In this document: positions 9,174-18,274 of the stretch, piece after piece
Layout of the letters: the number at the start of each line of letters is the position of its first letter
Position numbering within the stretch: position 1 is the first letter of the stretch
Assembly: GCA_964635195.1 (NCBI GenBank)
Contig: CAZWNC010000001.1
Location: 1,312-65,311, forward strand
Reading direction: 5' to 3'
Source: an uncultured Candidatus Saccharibacteria bacterium
Lineage (GTDB): Bacteria; Patescibacteriota; Minisyncoccia; Phycocordibacterales; UBA12088
Length of the DNA: 64,000 nucleotides
The notes under the pieces: generated by a model
The model's input: the letters and a program-made list of their open reading frames with translations, nothing else
Told to the model about the DNA's origin: nothing
Database searches by the model: none
Made by a program: the position numbers and the translations under genes

Positions 9174-9300
9174 GACTTATCCACACTCGATATACCCTCC
9201 ACACATTGTATCGAGTGTATGTTTGCATGATAATGATAGTACGTTAACGACGAAATCTTGGTCGACGTCGTTCATTACTTCGCACATAACCACCACTTCC

Positions 9301-9435
9301 ATGCCAGCAAAGAAAAAGGCGGTAAAGAAGGTTGCAGCTAAGAAGCCTGTAGCAAAAAAGGTTGCAAAGAAAGTAGTAAAGAAGGTTGCAGCCAAGAAGC
9401 CCGCAGCAAAAAAAGTTGCAGCTAAGAAGAAGTAG
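9301..9435 (+). CDS. histone H1-like Lys/Ala-rich small DNA-binding protein
   Basis: 44 aa, MPAKKKAVKKVAAKKPVAKK...; AKK repeats; own terminator. Confidence 0.8.
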   Translation: MPAKKKAVKKVAAKKPVAKKVAKKVVKKVAAKKPAAKKVAAKKK

Positions 9436-9449
9436 TCTTCTCTCGTGAC

Positions 9450-9484
9450 CACAAAACAAGCCGCATGTTGCGGCTTGTTTTGTG
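9450..9484 (+). terminator. intrinsic terminator
   Basis: CACAAAACAAGCCGCA-TGT-TGCGGCTTGTTTTGTG. Confidence 0.75.
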
Positions 9485-9593
9485 CTACCCATCATGCAGT
9501 ACCGAGTGCAGAGGAAACAGGTGAGCGTCTTTGCATGCGGGTGAATATCCTGTCAACTGGCATCAATACCGATGCGTGGTACAATCGAGTGTA

Positions 9594-12131
9594 ATGTTCT
9601 CATTGAAACAGTTATTTCGAGAAAACACCAACAAACGTACATTGCGTGAGCTTGATAGTGTGGTGCGAAGCGTGAATGCGCAAGAGGAGCGGTTTGCGTT
9701 GTTGGACGATGCGCTGTTACGTGCGCAGACTCAAATTTTTATTGACCGATTGCAGAGTGGGGAAACGTTCGACAATATACTCCCCGAGGCGTTTGCGGTG
9801 GTGCGAGAGGCTGCGCGACGTGTGTTGGGGGAGCGACACTATGATGTGCAGATTATGGGTGGTGTTGTGCTGCATCGACATGCAATCGCCGAGATGCGTA
9901 CCGGTGAAGGTAAGACACTTGTTGCAACTCTGCCTGCGTATCTTAATGCGCTCGCACGAAAGGGTGTCCATGTTGTTACGGTAAACGATTATCTTTCTCG
10001 TCGCGATGCCGTGTGGATGGGACAGGTCTATGCATTCTTAGGCCTCTCGGTTGGGGTAGTAAATACGCAAGCCTCATACCTATACGATCCAACTCATAAG
10101 GAGGACTCTTCCGAAGACACGAAACGTGATGAAACGGGTTCATTCAAGGTTGCTTATGAATTCTTGCGACCGTGCACGCGCAGAGAAGCATATGAAGCGG
10201 ATATCACGTATGGTACAAACAGTGAGTTTGGATTTGATTATTTGCGCGACAATATTGAATACGAAGCGAACAATCTCCGTCAGCGCGGGCACCACTACGC
10301 GATTATTGACGAGGTAGACTCGATACTTATTGACGAAGCGCGTACGCCGCTTATCATCAGTGCACCTGCCGATGCAAGCGGTGCACTCTATGCTACGTTT
10401 GCTGAAATCGTACGATCGTTTGTTGAGGGTGAAGATTACACGAAAGATGAAAAACTCCGTGCCATTCAGCTTACTGATAGTGGTATCGAAAAAGCACAAC
10501 GCGCGTTGGGAGTAGAGAATATATACACGGATGCCGGTATCAAGTATGTTCACCATTTGGAGAGTTCTGTGCGCGCGAAGGCGCTCTTTGAGCGAGATAG
10601 ACACTATGTCGTACGCGACGATCAAATTGTAATCGTTGATGAATTCACGGGTCGATTGCAGCCGGGTAGGCGATGGAGTGAAGGTCTGCACCAGGCAGTG
10701 GAAGCGAAGGAGGGTGTCACTGTGCAGCGTGAGAGTCGCACATACGCGTCTGTTACGTATCAAAACTTCTTTCGCATGTACGAAAAGATAGCCGGTATGA
10801 CGGGAACCGCCGAGACGAGTGCGGAAGAATTTTATAGCGTATACAAACTTGACGTTGTCCAGATTCCTACCAACAAAAAGGTTGCGCGCATTGATCGGAA
10901 CGATCTCATTTTTCGCAACGAGGCAGGTAAGCTTTCCGCGGTCGTGCGTAAGGTGCGCGAGGTGCATGAAAAGGGTCAGCCGATTCTTATCGGTACGGCA
11001 TCTATTGACAAGAATGAGCAACTTTCCGAAAGTCTTGCTCGAGCAGGTGTTCCGCATGAAATGCTTAATGCAAAAAATCATGAACGAGAAGGTGAAATTA
11101 TTGCACAAGCGGGTCGTAAGGGTGCAGTAACGATAGCGACCAATATGGCAGGCAGGGGTGTTGACATTAAGCTTGGGGGAAGTCCGGCACTTCCTGGTAC
11201 TGCGGACGAAGTACGTGCGCTCGGGGGTTTGTTTGTGCTTGGAACAGAGCGTCACGAAGCGAGACGCATTGACAATCAGTTACGTGGTCGAGCGGGACGT
11301 CAAGGCGACCCGGGCGAGACGCTTTTTTGTGTTTCGCTTGATGATCACCTGATGCGAGTGTTCGGGAATCACGAGACCATCAAGAATCTCATGCAACGTG
11401 CGACTGAGGCGGATGATGTGCCGATAGAGTTTGGACTTATCTCACGACAGATTGAGAGTGCGCAAAAGCGTATCGAAGGTTTTCATTTTGATTCGCGCAA
11501 GCGAGTGCTGGCGTATGATGACGTATTGAATCACCAGCGTATGACGGTATATGCAAGACGTCGTAAGTATCTTGAAGGTAACAGAGAGGCGATGGGCGTG
11601 TTTCTTGCACAGCTATCCGCAGCACATGATACATACGAGGAATTGGTTCGAGTAAAGCGGGTCGAAATGGGTGATGACGAATTCTATTTGGCGCTCCGTC
11701 GTTTATTGATGCAGACTATCGATCTGTTCTGGCTCGAACATTTGGAGACTATGGAGTATTTGCGCAGCTCGGTAAATTTACGCGCCTATGGTCAGCGAGA
11801 TCCGCTTATCGAGTACCGTAAGGAAGGACTCCGTATGTTCCGTTCATTTGAAACGAGCATAGCTGATCGCGTTATGGAGTTTTTGCCCCAAATGGGTGCG
11901 GGGGCATTCGCAAGCGAAGAAGAGCGCATGAAGCGGGAAAGTGAGAAAGCGCAGCAAGTGTCTTCAAGTGTTACGACAGGTATTTCCGGCCCTGTGATGC
12001 GTTCTCAGACACTGGCACGGAGTCATGGCCGCAATGATCAAGTGCGGATAGAAAAAGACGGAGTAATTCGTGAGATGAAGTATAAAAAAGCCGAGCAATT
12101 TTTAACACAAGGATGGAAGGTGGTTGAATAG
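9594..12131 (+). CDS. secA: preprotein translocase ATPase SecA
   Basis: EMRTGEGKT, VTVNDYL, DEVDSILIDEARTPLIIS, ATNMAGRGVDI, RIDNQLRGRAGRQGDPG. Confidence 0.99.
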   Translation: MFSLKQLFRENTNKRTLRELDSVVRSVNAQEERFALLDDALLRAQTQIFIDRLQSGETFDNILPEAFAVVREAARRVLGERHYDVQIMGGVVLHRHAIAEMRTGEGKTLVATLPAYLNALARKGVHVVTVNDYLSRRDAVWMGQVYAFLGLSVGVVNTQASYLYDPTHKEDSSEDTKRDETGSFKVAYEFLRPCTRREAYEADITYGTNSEFGFDYLRDNIEYEANNLRQRGHHYAIIDEVDSILIDEARTPLIISAPADASGALYATFAEIVRSFVEGEDYTKDEKLRAIQLTDSGIEKAQRALGVENIYTDAGIKYVHHLESSVRAKALFERDRHYVVRDDQIVIVDEFTGRLQPGRRWSEGLHQAVEAKEGVTVQRESRTYASVTYQNFFRMYEKIAGMTGTAETSAEEFYSVYKLDVVQIPTNKKVARIDRNDLIFRNEAGKLSAVVRKVREVHEKGQPILIGTASIDKNEQLSESLARAGVPHEMLNAKNHEREGEIIAQAGRKGAVTIATNMAGRGVDIKLGGSPALPGTADEVRALGGLFVLGTERHEARRIDNQLRGRAGRQGDPGETLFCVSLDDHLMRVFGNHETIKNLMQRATEADDVPIEFGLISRQIESAQKRIEGFHFDSRKRVLAYDDVLNHQRMTVYARRRKYLEGNREAMGVFLAQLSAAHDTYEELVRVKRVEMGDDEFYLALRRLLMQTIDLFWLEHLETMEYLRSSVNLRAYGQRDPLIEYRKEGLRMFRSFETSIADRVMEFLPQMGAGAFASEEERMKRESEKAQQVSSSVTTGISGPVMRSQTLARSHGRNDQVRIEKDGVIREMKYKKAEQFLTQGWKVVE

Positions 12132-12151
12132 TAAAGAGTTACTGAATCGTG

Positions 12152-12202
12152 CATACCAAAAAAAAACGACGTAGCGAGACCACGTCGTTTTTTTTTGGTA
12201 TG
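12152..12202. terminator. bidirectional terminator
   Basis: CATACCA9CGACGT...ACGTCGT9GGTATG between convergent genes. Confidence 0.8.
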
Positions 12203-12221
12203 ATTGAGTGTGTACGTTGTA

Positions 12222-12656
12222 CTACTTACCACCATTGCCATGCATGCCACCTCTTCCTGCACCCATACCACCGTGCATCATCCCTCCGCGGGCACCCTGA
12301 TTGTTGTTGGGTGAGAATGTCAAACCGAGTTCTTCGCGAAGTTCACTTGCTTTCTCGGTGTCACCATTCTCCATTGCTTCATGCATTTCGACGAACGTAT
12401 CGAAGTTGTCTTGGGTAACAACGCTCGTTATGCGTCCACGATCGCCGTGAAGCTCTTTCCATGCCGCGTAATCACCTTCTTCCATCGCTTTCTCCATTGC
12501 TTCGTGTCGTTCGGGGTCGCATGAACCACGCTGTGCACCAAATCCTGTCATGGGTTCTGCGGCGGATGCGCTCACTGCCATTGCAAACCCTGCACCGAGA
12601 AGTGCCGCAACAGTGCTGAAGGTGATAAGTTTTGTGTTAATCGCTTTTGTTTCCAT
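12222..12656 (-). CDS. secreted hypothetical protein (helical core, Gly/Met-rich tail)
   Basis: Signal peptide ending ASA; acidic helical middle; C-terminal GGMMHGGMG. Confidence 0.8.
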   Translation of the reverse strand: METKAINTKLITFSTVAALLGAGFAMAVSASAAEPMTGFGAQRGSCDPERHEAMEKAMEEGDYAAWKELHGDRGRITSVVTQDNFDTFVEMHEAMENGDTEKASELREELGLTFSPNNNQGARGGMMHGGMGAGRGGMHGNGGK

Positions 12657-12969
12657 ATATTTTGTTCTATTTATTGTGTAATGTAGGATTAGCCTGATCA
12701 GCCTGCTTTCTTATACGCCTCTTCGTGTCATTTTCTTTCATGCAGAAATGGGTCACATACTGTTGAGGTGTTATATTTTTAACAACATTGTGTGGGTTAT
12801 GGAGCTGTGATTGTGCGTCATGGAGTCGGACACAAGTAAGATTGTAAGTATATGGTGAAAATATTCCAGGTTATACACAGTTTTGCGAGTGTTACCTATG
12901 CGCATGGTGTATACTAAAGTGCAATGCAGGACGCGTATGCCGTAACGCGCGGCCAGCATTTTCCATACA

Positions 12970-14196
12970 ATGCGTGTACTTATGTACGGCTGGGAGTATC
13001 CCCCACACAACAGTGGTGGTCTTGGTGTTGCATGTCACGGCCTCGCTCGCGGACTGGTGGCTGAGGGTGCCGATGTACGTTTCGTGCTTCCACGCAAGTA
13101 TCCCGTAGTCGGCAGTGGAGCGCGTATGGTTTTTGCTGACGAAGCGAATCCGCTTACTTCGGTGCAGGCGGACTCTTTTGCAAATGGGTACATGACCGAG
13201 GATCGGTTGCGTTTTTTACGTGGCCGCTACCCTGAACTTCAGTACGGCCCAAGCTTGTTTGATGAGGTGTTGCGGTACGCCGCACTGTCTCCTATGGTGG
13301 CACTTGCGCATCAGCCGGACGTGATACATATGCATGACTGGCTCTGTTATCCTGCGGGTATGGCGGCAAAGCGGGCGACAGGTGCCCCGCTCGTGGCGCA
13401 CGTGCACGCTACGGAATTTGACCGTACAGGGTTCGGCAAAGTCAATCAAGCCATTTATGAGATAGAGCGTCGGGGTATGTACGAGGCTGATGTGGTGGTG
13501 ACCGTCTCTGACTACACGAAACGCATTGTTGTAGACCGGTATGGTATTGATCCGAATAAGGTTGAAGTGGTACATAACGGTATCGATGTCGACGACGTAG
13601 CCGTCGCAAGTACCATGGAGTCTGATATGCGCAGATTCAAGGGGCTGGGTTGGGGAGTGGTGCTTTTTGTTGGTCGCCTCACCTTGCAAAAGGGTCCGGA
13701 CTATTTCCTCGAAGCGGCAAAAAAGGTTCTCTCACGTCGCACGAATACGATATTCGTTGTATCCGGCTCAGGGGATATGGCACAGACAATCATTGATCGT
13801 GCCGCCTATCTTGGTATTGGGGACAGAGTCCTCTTTACCGGTTTCTTGCGTGAAAAACAGCTCGCACGACTGTACGGACTGGCAGACCTTGTTGTCATGC
13901 CCTCTGTCTCAGAACCTTTCGGGATTGTTCCACTCGAGTCACTTTTAAATGGCACGCCCGTTCTCATCTCAAAACAATCGGGCGTTTCCGAAGTGCTTCG
14001 CAATGCGCTCAAGGTCGACTTTTGGGACACTGATGATATGGCAAGTAAAATAACGGCAGTACTTGATTACCCGTCTCTACGCGAAACGCTTTCCTCCGAA
14101 GGGCGTCGTGAAGCGAGTGTACAGACTTGGAGAAAAGTGGCAGGGCGCTGTATGATGATATATAGGTCTCTTGTAAAGACCGTTCTTCGAGTATGA
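12970..14196 (+). CDS. GT4 glycosyltransferase (glycogen-synthase-like)
   Basis: GWEYPPHNSGGLG, HMHDW, HVHATEFDR, PSVSEPFGIVPLE. Confidence 0.92.
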   Translation: MRVLMYGWEYPPHNSGGLGVACHGLARGLVAEGADVRFVLPRKYPVVGSGARMVFADEANPLTSVQADSFANGYMTEDRLRFLRGRYPELQYGPSLFDEVLRYAALSPMVALAHQPDVIHMHDWLCYPAGMAAKRATGAPLVAHVHATEFDRTGFGKVNQAIYEIERRGMYEADVVVTVSDYTKRIVVDRYGIDPNKVEVVHNGIDVDDVAVASTMESDMRRFKGLGWGVVLFVGRLTLQKGPDYFLEAAKKVLSRRTNTIFVVSGSGDMAQTIIDRAAYLGIGDRVLFTGFLREKQLARLYGLADLVVMPSVSEPFGIVPLESLLNGTPVLISKQSGVSEVLRNALKVDFWDTDDMASKITAVLDYPSLRETLSSEGRREASVQTWRKVAGRCMMIYRSLVKTVLRV

Positions 14197-15470
14197 GTGC
14201 TGTGTGCATGTATTTTCAAGTGCATCAACCAAGACGTATCAAACGGTACGGTTTTTTCGACATCGGTGCCGATCACACGTATTTCAACGATGACACAGAG
14301 CGTGATACGAACAACGCACGTATTGTTCGTAAGGTCGCAGAAAAGTGTTATCTTCCCGCAAACGCAACACTTCTTGAGAACTTGCGCGCGCATCCGGAAT
14401 TCAAAGTTGCTTTCTCCTTTTCCGGCATAGCACTCGAGCAGTTTGAGGAGTACTCACCTGAAGTCATAGACTCTTTCAAACGTCTCATTGACACAGGGCG
14501 TGTTGAAGTGCTTTCAGAAACATACTACCACTCACTTGCATTTTTGGAATCTCCTGATGAGTTTCGAGAACAAGTCCGCATGCATGCACGAAAAGTTCGC
14601 GACCTCTTCGGTGTGCGCCCGTATGTATTTCGGAATACAGAACTCATCTATCGAAATGATATCGCCGCCATGGTCGCTGACATGGGATATTTGGGTATGT
14701 TGGCCGAGGGTGCCGATCATGTACTTGACTGGCGCAAGCCGACCTATGTGTATCACGCAAAGAATGATCCAAGTTTTAAGCTTCTACTGAAACACTATAA
14801 ACTTTCCGATGACATTGCGTTTCGTTTTTCCAATAAAGGTTGGGAAGAGTGGCCGCTGACCGCGCCAAAATTTGCACGCTGGGTGGATGCGCACAATGGC
14901 GATGGCCACGTGATCAATCTTTTTATGGATTACGAGACGTTTGGTGAGCACCAGTGGGAGGATACCGGCATTTTTGATTTCCTCCGAGCGCTTCCACGGG
15001 AAGTGTTGCGTCACCCTGACAACACCTTTGTGACTCCGACCGAAGCGCTTACGCAGTATCCATCGGTTGGTGAGATTGATGTACCACACTATGTGTCATG
15101 GGCTGATGTTGAGCGCGATCTTTCCGCATGGCGCAGTAATCCGATACAACACGATGCACTTCGAGCACTCTATGCGCTTGAGGGTGAGGTGAAGAAAAAC
15201 AACGATCCAGAACTCCTTCGTGACTGGCGTCGTCTCACCACGTCCGATCATTTTTACTACATGTGTACCAAATGGTGGGAAGATGGCGACGTGCATAAGT
15301 ACTTCAGTCCGTACGATTCGCCGTATGAAGCGTATATAGCATATATGAACGTGCTTAACGATCTCACGTTGCGAGTGCATGCCTCTCCTGAGAATCTTCG
15401 CTCAAAACGTTCATTCTGGGAAGCTCTTACACATAAATCACGTTCCGTATTACAAGCCATTAAGTCATAA
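14193..15470 (+). CDS. GH57 alpha-amylase-family glycoside hydrolase
   Basis: FQVHQPRR, ETYYHSL, FRNTEL, FMDYETFGEHQW, SDHFYYMCTK. Confidence 0.95.
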   Translation: MSAVCMYFQVHQPRRIKRYGFFDIGADHTYFNDDTERDTNNARIVRKVAEKCYLPANATLLENLRAHPEFKVAFSFSGIALEQFEEYSPEVIDSFKRLIDTGRVEVLSETYYHSLAFLESPDEFREQVRMHARKVRDLFGVRPYVFRNTELIYRNDIAAMVADMGYLGMLAEGADHVLDWRKPTYVYHAKNDPSFKLLLKHYKLSDDIAFRFSNKGWEEWPLTAPKFARWVDAHNGDGHVINLFMDYETFGEHQWEDTGIFDFLRALPREVLRHPDNTFVTPTEALTQYPSVGEIDVPHYVSWADVERDLSAWRSNPIQHDALRALYALEGEVKKNNDPELLRDWRRLTTSDHFYYMCTKWWEDGDVHKYFSPYDSPYEAYIAYMNVLNDLTLRVHASPENLRSKRSFWEALTHKSRSVLQAIKS

Positions 15471-15474
15471 GCAT

Positions 15475-15900
15475 ATGCCAACAAAGACTATCGCGACAAA
15501 AAAAACAGAAGAGCGGCCGGCTCCAAAGACCAAAAAAACAGCACCAGCACCACGCTCTGTGGCAGTAAAAGGCAAACAAGCTCCGGTTGCGAGCAAGCAG
15601 ACTATTGTCACTAAGAAAGTATCGACAAAAACCAGCGTATGCAAATGTCGCACTGTTTGCAAACCAGAGGAAGCGTTTTGGATACATCATGGCCCGGTGG
15701 TTGTGTCTATCGCAGAGCTCATGTCCGCACTCGCTGATATGAGTGACGAGCAATTTGCCTACCATACAGAGCGAAATGGTAATGACTTTTCAGCATGGCT
15801 CCGAGATTGCTTGGATGAGAAGACGCTTGCAGCTCGTATTGAGCATGCTTCGACTCGCACACATGCATTACAGGCACTCAAGGCGCCTTGCTGTAAATAG
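15475..15900 (+). CDS. DUF5752-like protein with Lys-rich N-terminal tail
   Basis: PEEAFW...SIAEL...MSDEQFAYH...NDFSAWLRD; lies within the glucan operon. Confidence 0.7.
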   Translation: MPTKTIATKKTEERPAPKTKKTAPAPRSVAVKGKQAPVASKQTIVTKKVSTKTSVCKCRTVCKPEEAFWIHHGPVVVSIAELMSALADMSDEQFAYHTERNGNDFSAWLRDCLDEKTLAARIEHASTRTHALQALKAPCCK

Positions 15901-15928
15901 CATACCGATAGTATATGTATTTTTGAAC

Positions 15929-17890
15929 ATGGCTCGCTCGCTCGTACTTGGTAACGGGAATGTGCTCATTGTGTATGATGAGTGGGGTCAAGTGCGTGAC
16001 TTCTATTTTCCACAAGTCGGTCTTGAAAATCATGTGGGCGAGCGTCTGATGCATCGAATTGGTGTTTTTGTGGATGGAGCGATGCATTGGCTCTCAGGTG
16101 GCGGCTTTGAGGTAGAGGTCACCTACTGGAGCGACACGCTCGTAGGTAAAGTGCATGCGGTGCATCGTGAGGCAGGTATTGCACTTACTTTTTCCGATAT
16201 TGTGTACAATGAGCACGATATTTACGTGCGCTCTCTCGTTGTTGAAAATCTTTTCCCGCGCGATAGAACAGTCAAATTGTTTTTCAATCAGCAATTTCAT
16301 ATCAGTGAGGCGGAGCGAGGTGATACAGCGTACTATTCACCCGAACTCCAGGCGCTTGTGCACTACAAGGGGCGCAGGGTCATTTTGGTATCAGCACATA
16401 GTGACGGGGATTTTTTTGATGACTATGGTGTCGGCTTGCTTGGTATTGAGGGGAAGGAGGGTACCTGGCGTGATGCGGAAGACGGTGTCCTTTCGAAGAG
16501 TGGTATAGAACACGGAAGCGTTGATTCGGTACTTGGCCTTACCTTGCAGATGCGAAGCAATGCAGCTCGGTCGGTTTCGTATTGGATTGCGGTCGGTCAA
16601 TCGTATCGCGTTGTGGAGCGACACCATCGTGATATTCTGACTCGCGGTCCGGCGCATTTACTACGGACTACGTCTGATTACTGGAAGGCGTGGGTCGATC
16701 GTCCCGGAAAAATCCCCGAAGGTATTGATGTTGAGCTTGCGGCACTGTGTCGTCGATCATTACTTGTCATGCGGACACATGCAGACAATGGCGGGGCGGT
16801 GATTGCGTCGGGAGACTCAAGTATACTGCAGAGTGGGCGGGACACGTATAGTTACTGTTGGCCGCGAGATTCTGCCTACGTCGTGCTCGCATTCCTCGAA
16901 ATGGGTCACATCAACATTTCGCATTCGTTCCACAAGTTTGTCCAAGAGATACTTACCGATGATGGGTATTTGTTACATAAATATCGTACAGACCGTTCGC
17001 TTGGAAGCTCGTGGCATCCCTGGGTGCGCGAGGGTCGTGCTCAGCCCCCAATCCAAGAAGATGAGACTGCAATTACACTAATCACTCTTGGTAGACACTA
17101 CGAGCTCACGCATGACGTTGAGTTCATCGAAGAAATGTACAATCCGTACATTCGACGCGTGGCGGATTTTCTCGCTCGTTACCGTGATAAGAAGACAAAA
17201 CTACCCCTTCCAAGCCACGATCTGTGGGAGGAGCATGTAGGCACCTTTACCTATACATCATGCGTTGTGTACTCTGCACTTTCCACGGCCGCTTCGTTTG
17301 CGAAGCTACTTGGGAAGGAGGTCTCGCGCAAGCGGTGGGCAAGTGCAGCGGAAGAAATGCGTGAGGGTATATTGCGTGTACTTATCTCGGAAAATGGTCG
17401 TGCTGCAAAGCGGGTCGCATGTACGCACGGAGAATCGACCCTCGATGAGACGATTGATGTTTCAAGCTTCTATGGCCTCTTTCGCTTCGGTGTCCTCTCT
17501 TATGACGATCCGATACTTGAGAGGATATATGAACGGACGTGTGCGGCACTGACGACCGACGCGGAGGGTATTGGAGTTGCGCGGTATGACGGAGACCGAT
17601 ATTTTGCACATCATGATGCTGCGAGCAATCCGTGGGTGGTGACCACTTGTTGGATTGCGGAGTACGAAATAGCGCGGGCGAAGAGTGCGCAAGATCTTGA
17701 AATGCCGCGACGACGCCTTGAGTGGATAAAACAGCGGGCAAATATGGCAGGATTGTTTGCGGAACAGTATCACCCACGTACCCATGCACCAACATCGGTC
17801 ACGCCATTGATTTGGAGTCATGCACAGTACATTTTGACATTCCTTGCATATTCAAAAAAATATGCTGAATTCCGAAAGAAACAGGCGTGA
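15929..17890 (+). CDS. GH15 glucoamylase-family glycoside hydrolase
   Basis: YSYCWPRD, QEDETA, DLWEE, RYDGDRY, FAEQ, PLIWSHA. Confidence 0.93.
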   Translation: MARSLVLGNGNVLIVYDEWGQVRDFYFPQVGLENHVGERLMHRIGVFVDGAMHWLSGGGFEVEVTYWSDTLVGKVHAVHREAGIALTFSDIVYNEHDIYVRSLVVENLFPRDRTVKLFFNQQFHISEAERGDTAYYSPELQALVHYKGRRVILVSAHSDGDFFDDYGVGLLGIEGKEGTWRDAEDGVLSKSGIEHGSVDSVLGLTLQMRSNAARSVSYWIAVGQSYRVVERHHRDILTRGPAHLLRTTSDYWKAWVDRPGKIPEGIDVELAALCRRSLLVMRTHADNGGAVIASGDSSILQSGRDTYSYCWPRDSAYVVLAFLEMGHINISHSFHKFVQEILTDDGYLLHKYRTDRSLGSSWHPWVREGRAQPPIQEDETAITLITLGRHYELTHDVEFIEEMYNPYIRRVADFLARYRDKKTKLPLPSHDLWEEHVGTFTYTSCVVYSALSTAASFAKLLGKEVSRKRWASAAEEMREGILRVLISENGRAAKRVACTHGESTLDETIDVSSFYGLFRFGVLSYDDPILERIYERTCAALTTDAEGIGVARYDGDRYFAHHDAASNPWVVTTCWIAEYEIARAKSAQDLEMPRRRLEWIKQRANMAGLFAEQYHPRTHAPTSVTPLIWSHAQYILTFLAYSKKYAEFRKKQA

Positions 17891-17932
17891 GAACGTCACG
17901 CGTATCAAGATGTACACTGTTGTCACAAAAAT

Positions 17933-17960
17933 ATCCCCACGACTTCCGTGTCGTGGGGAT
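17933..17960 (-). terminator. intrinsic terminator
   Basis: ATCCCCACGAC-TTCCGT-GTCGTGGGGAT with a U-run on the minus strand. Confidence 0.7.
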
Positions 17961-17968
17961 GCGTGAGT

Positions 17969-18121
17969 CTATGCATACCGTAGCGCCCACAGTTTGTTGA
18001 TGAGCGATCGCCAACATCTCCTGCAAAGGTCGTGGTGATAGTCGGGAGGTGGCCTGATTTTGCCGCGCACGAGTATTCCCGAGATGTGTCGTCCACACTC
18101 GCAACGATTTCGTTCCTGCAT
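17969..18121 (-). CDS. 50-aa putative zinc-finger protein (not in the ORF track)
   Basis: Translated by hand: MQERNRCECGRHISGILVRGKIRPPPDYHHDLCRRCWRSLINKLWALRYA. SD GGAGGT upstream, terminator downstream. Confidence 0.7.
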   Translation of the reverse strand: MQERNRCECGRHISGILVRGKIRPPPDYHHDLCRRCWRSLINKLWALRYA

Positions 18122-18274
18122 GATATACCTCCGTTTCGATGCTTGCTTCTGGGAAGATACTACAACATATACAATTGCATGTAAATAGGTGGTTGGTAGT
18201 CAGGTGGAAGCGTCCGCCGTATTTCACATCCTGTCTACTTCCATTTGTACAGAAAGTTCGCTATGCTGACACGT

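Noticed and set aside
9177-9452. Hydrophobic FLAATFF ORF on the minus strand
   Set aside because: Antisense image of the AKK-repeat gene.
10140-11255. Long antisense ORF in secA (similar ones at 48181-49146 and 32102-32833)
   Set aside because: Shadow ORFs entirely inside well-supported genes.
17799-18227. 142-aa minus-strand ORF
   Set aside because: Overlaps the GH15 gene and runs through a terminator; the 50-aa ORF in another frame has the SD and Cys motifs.
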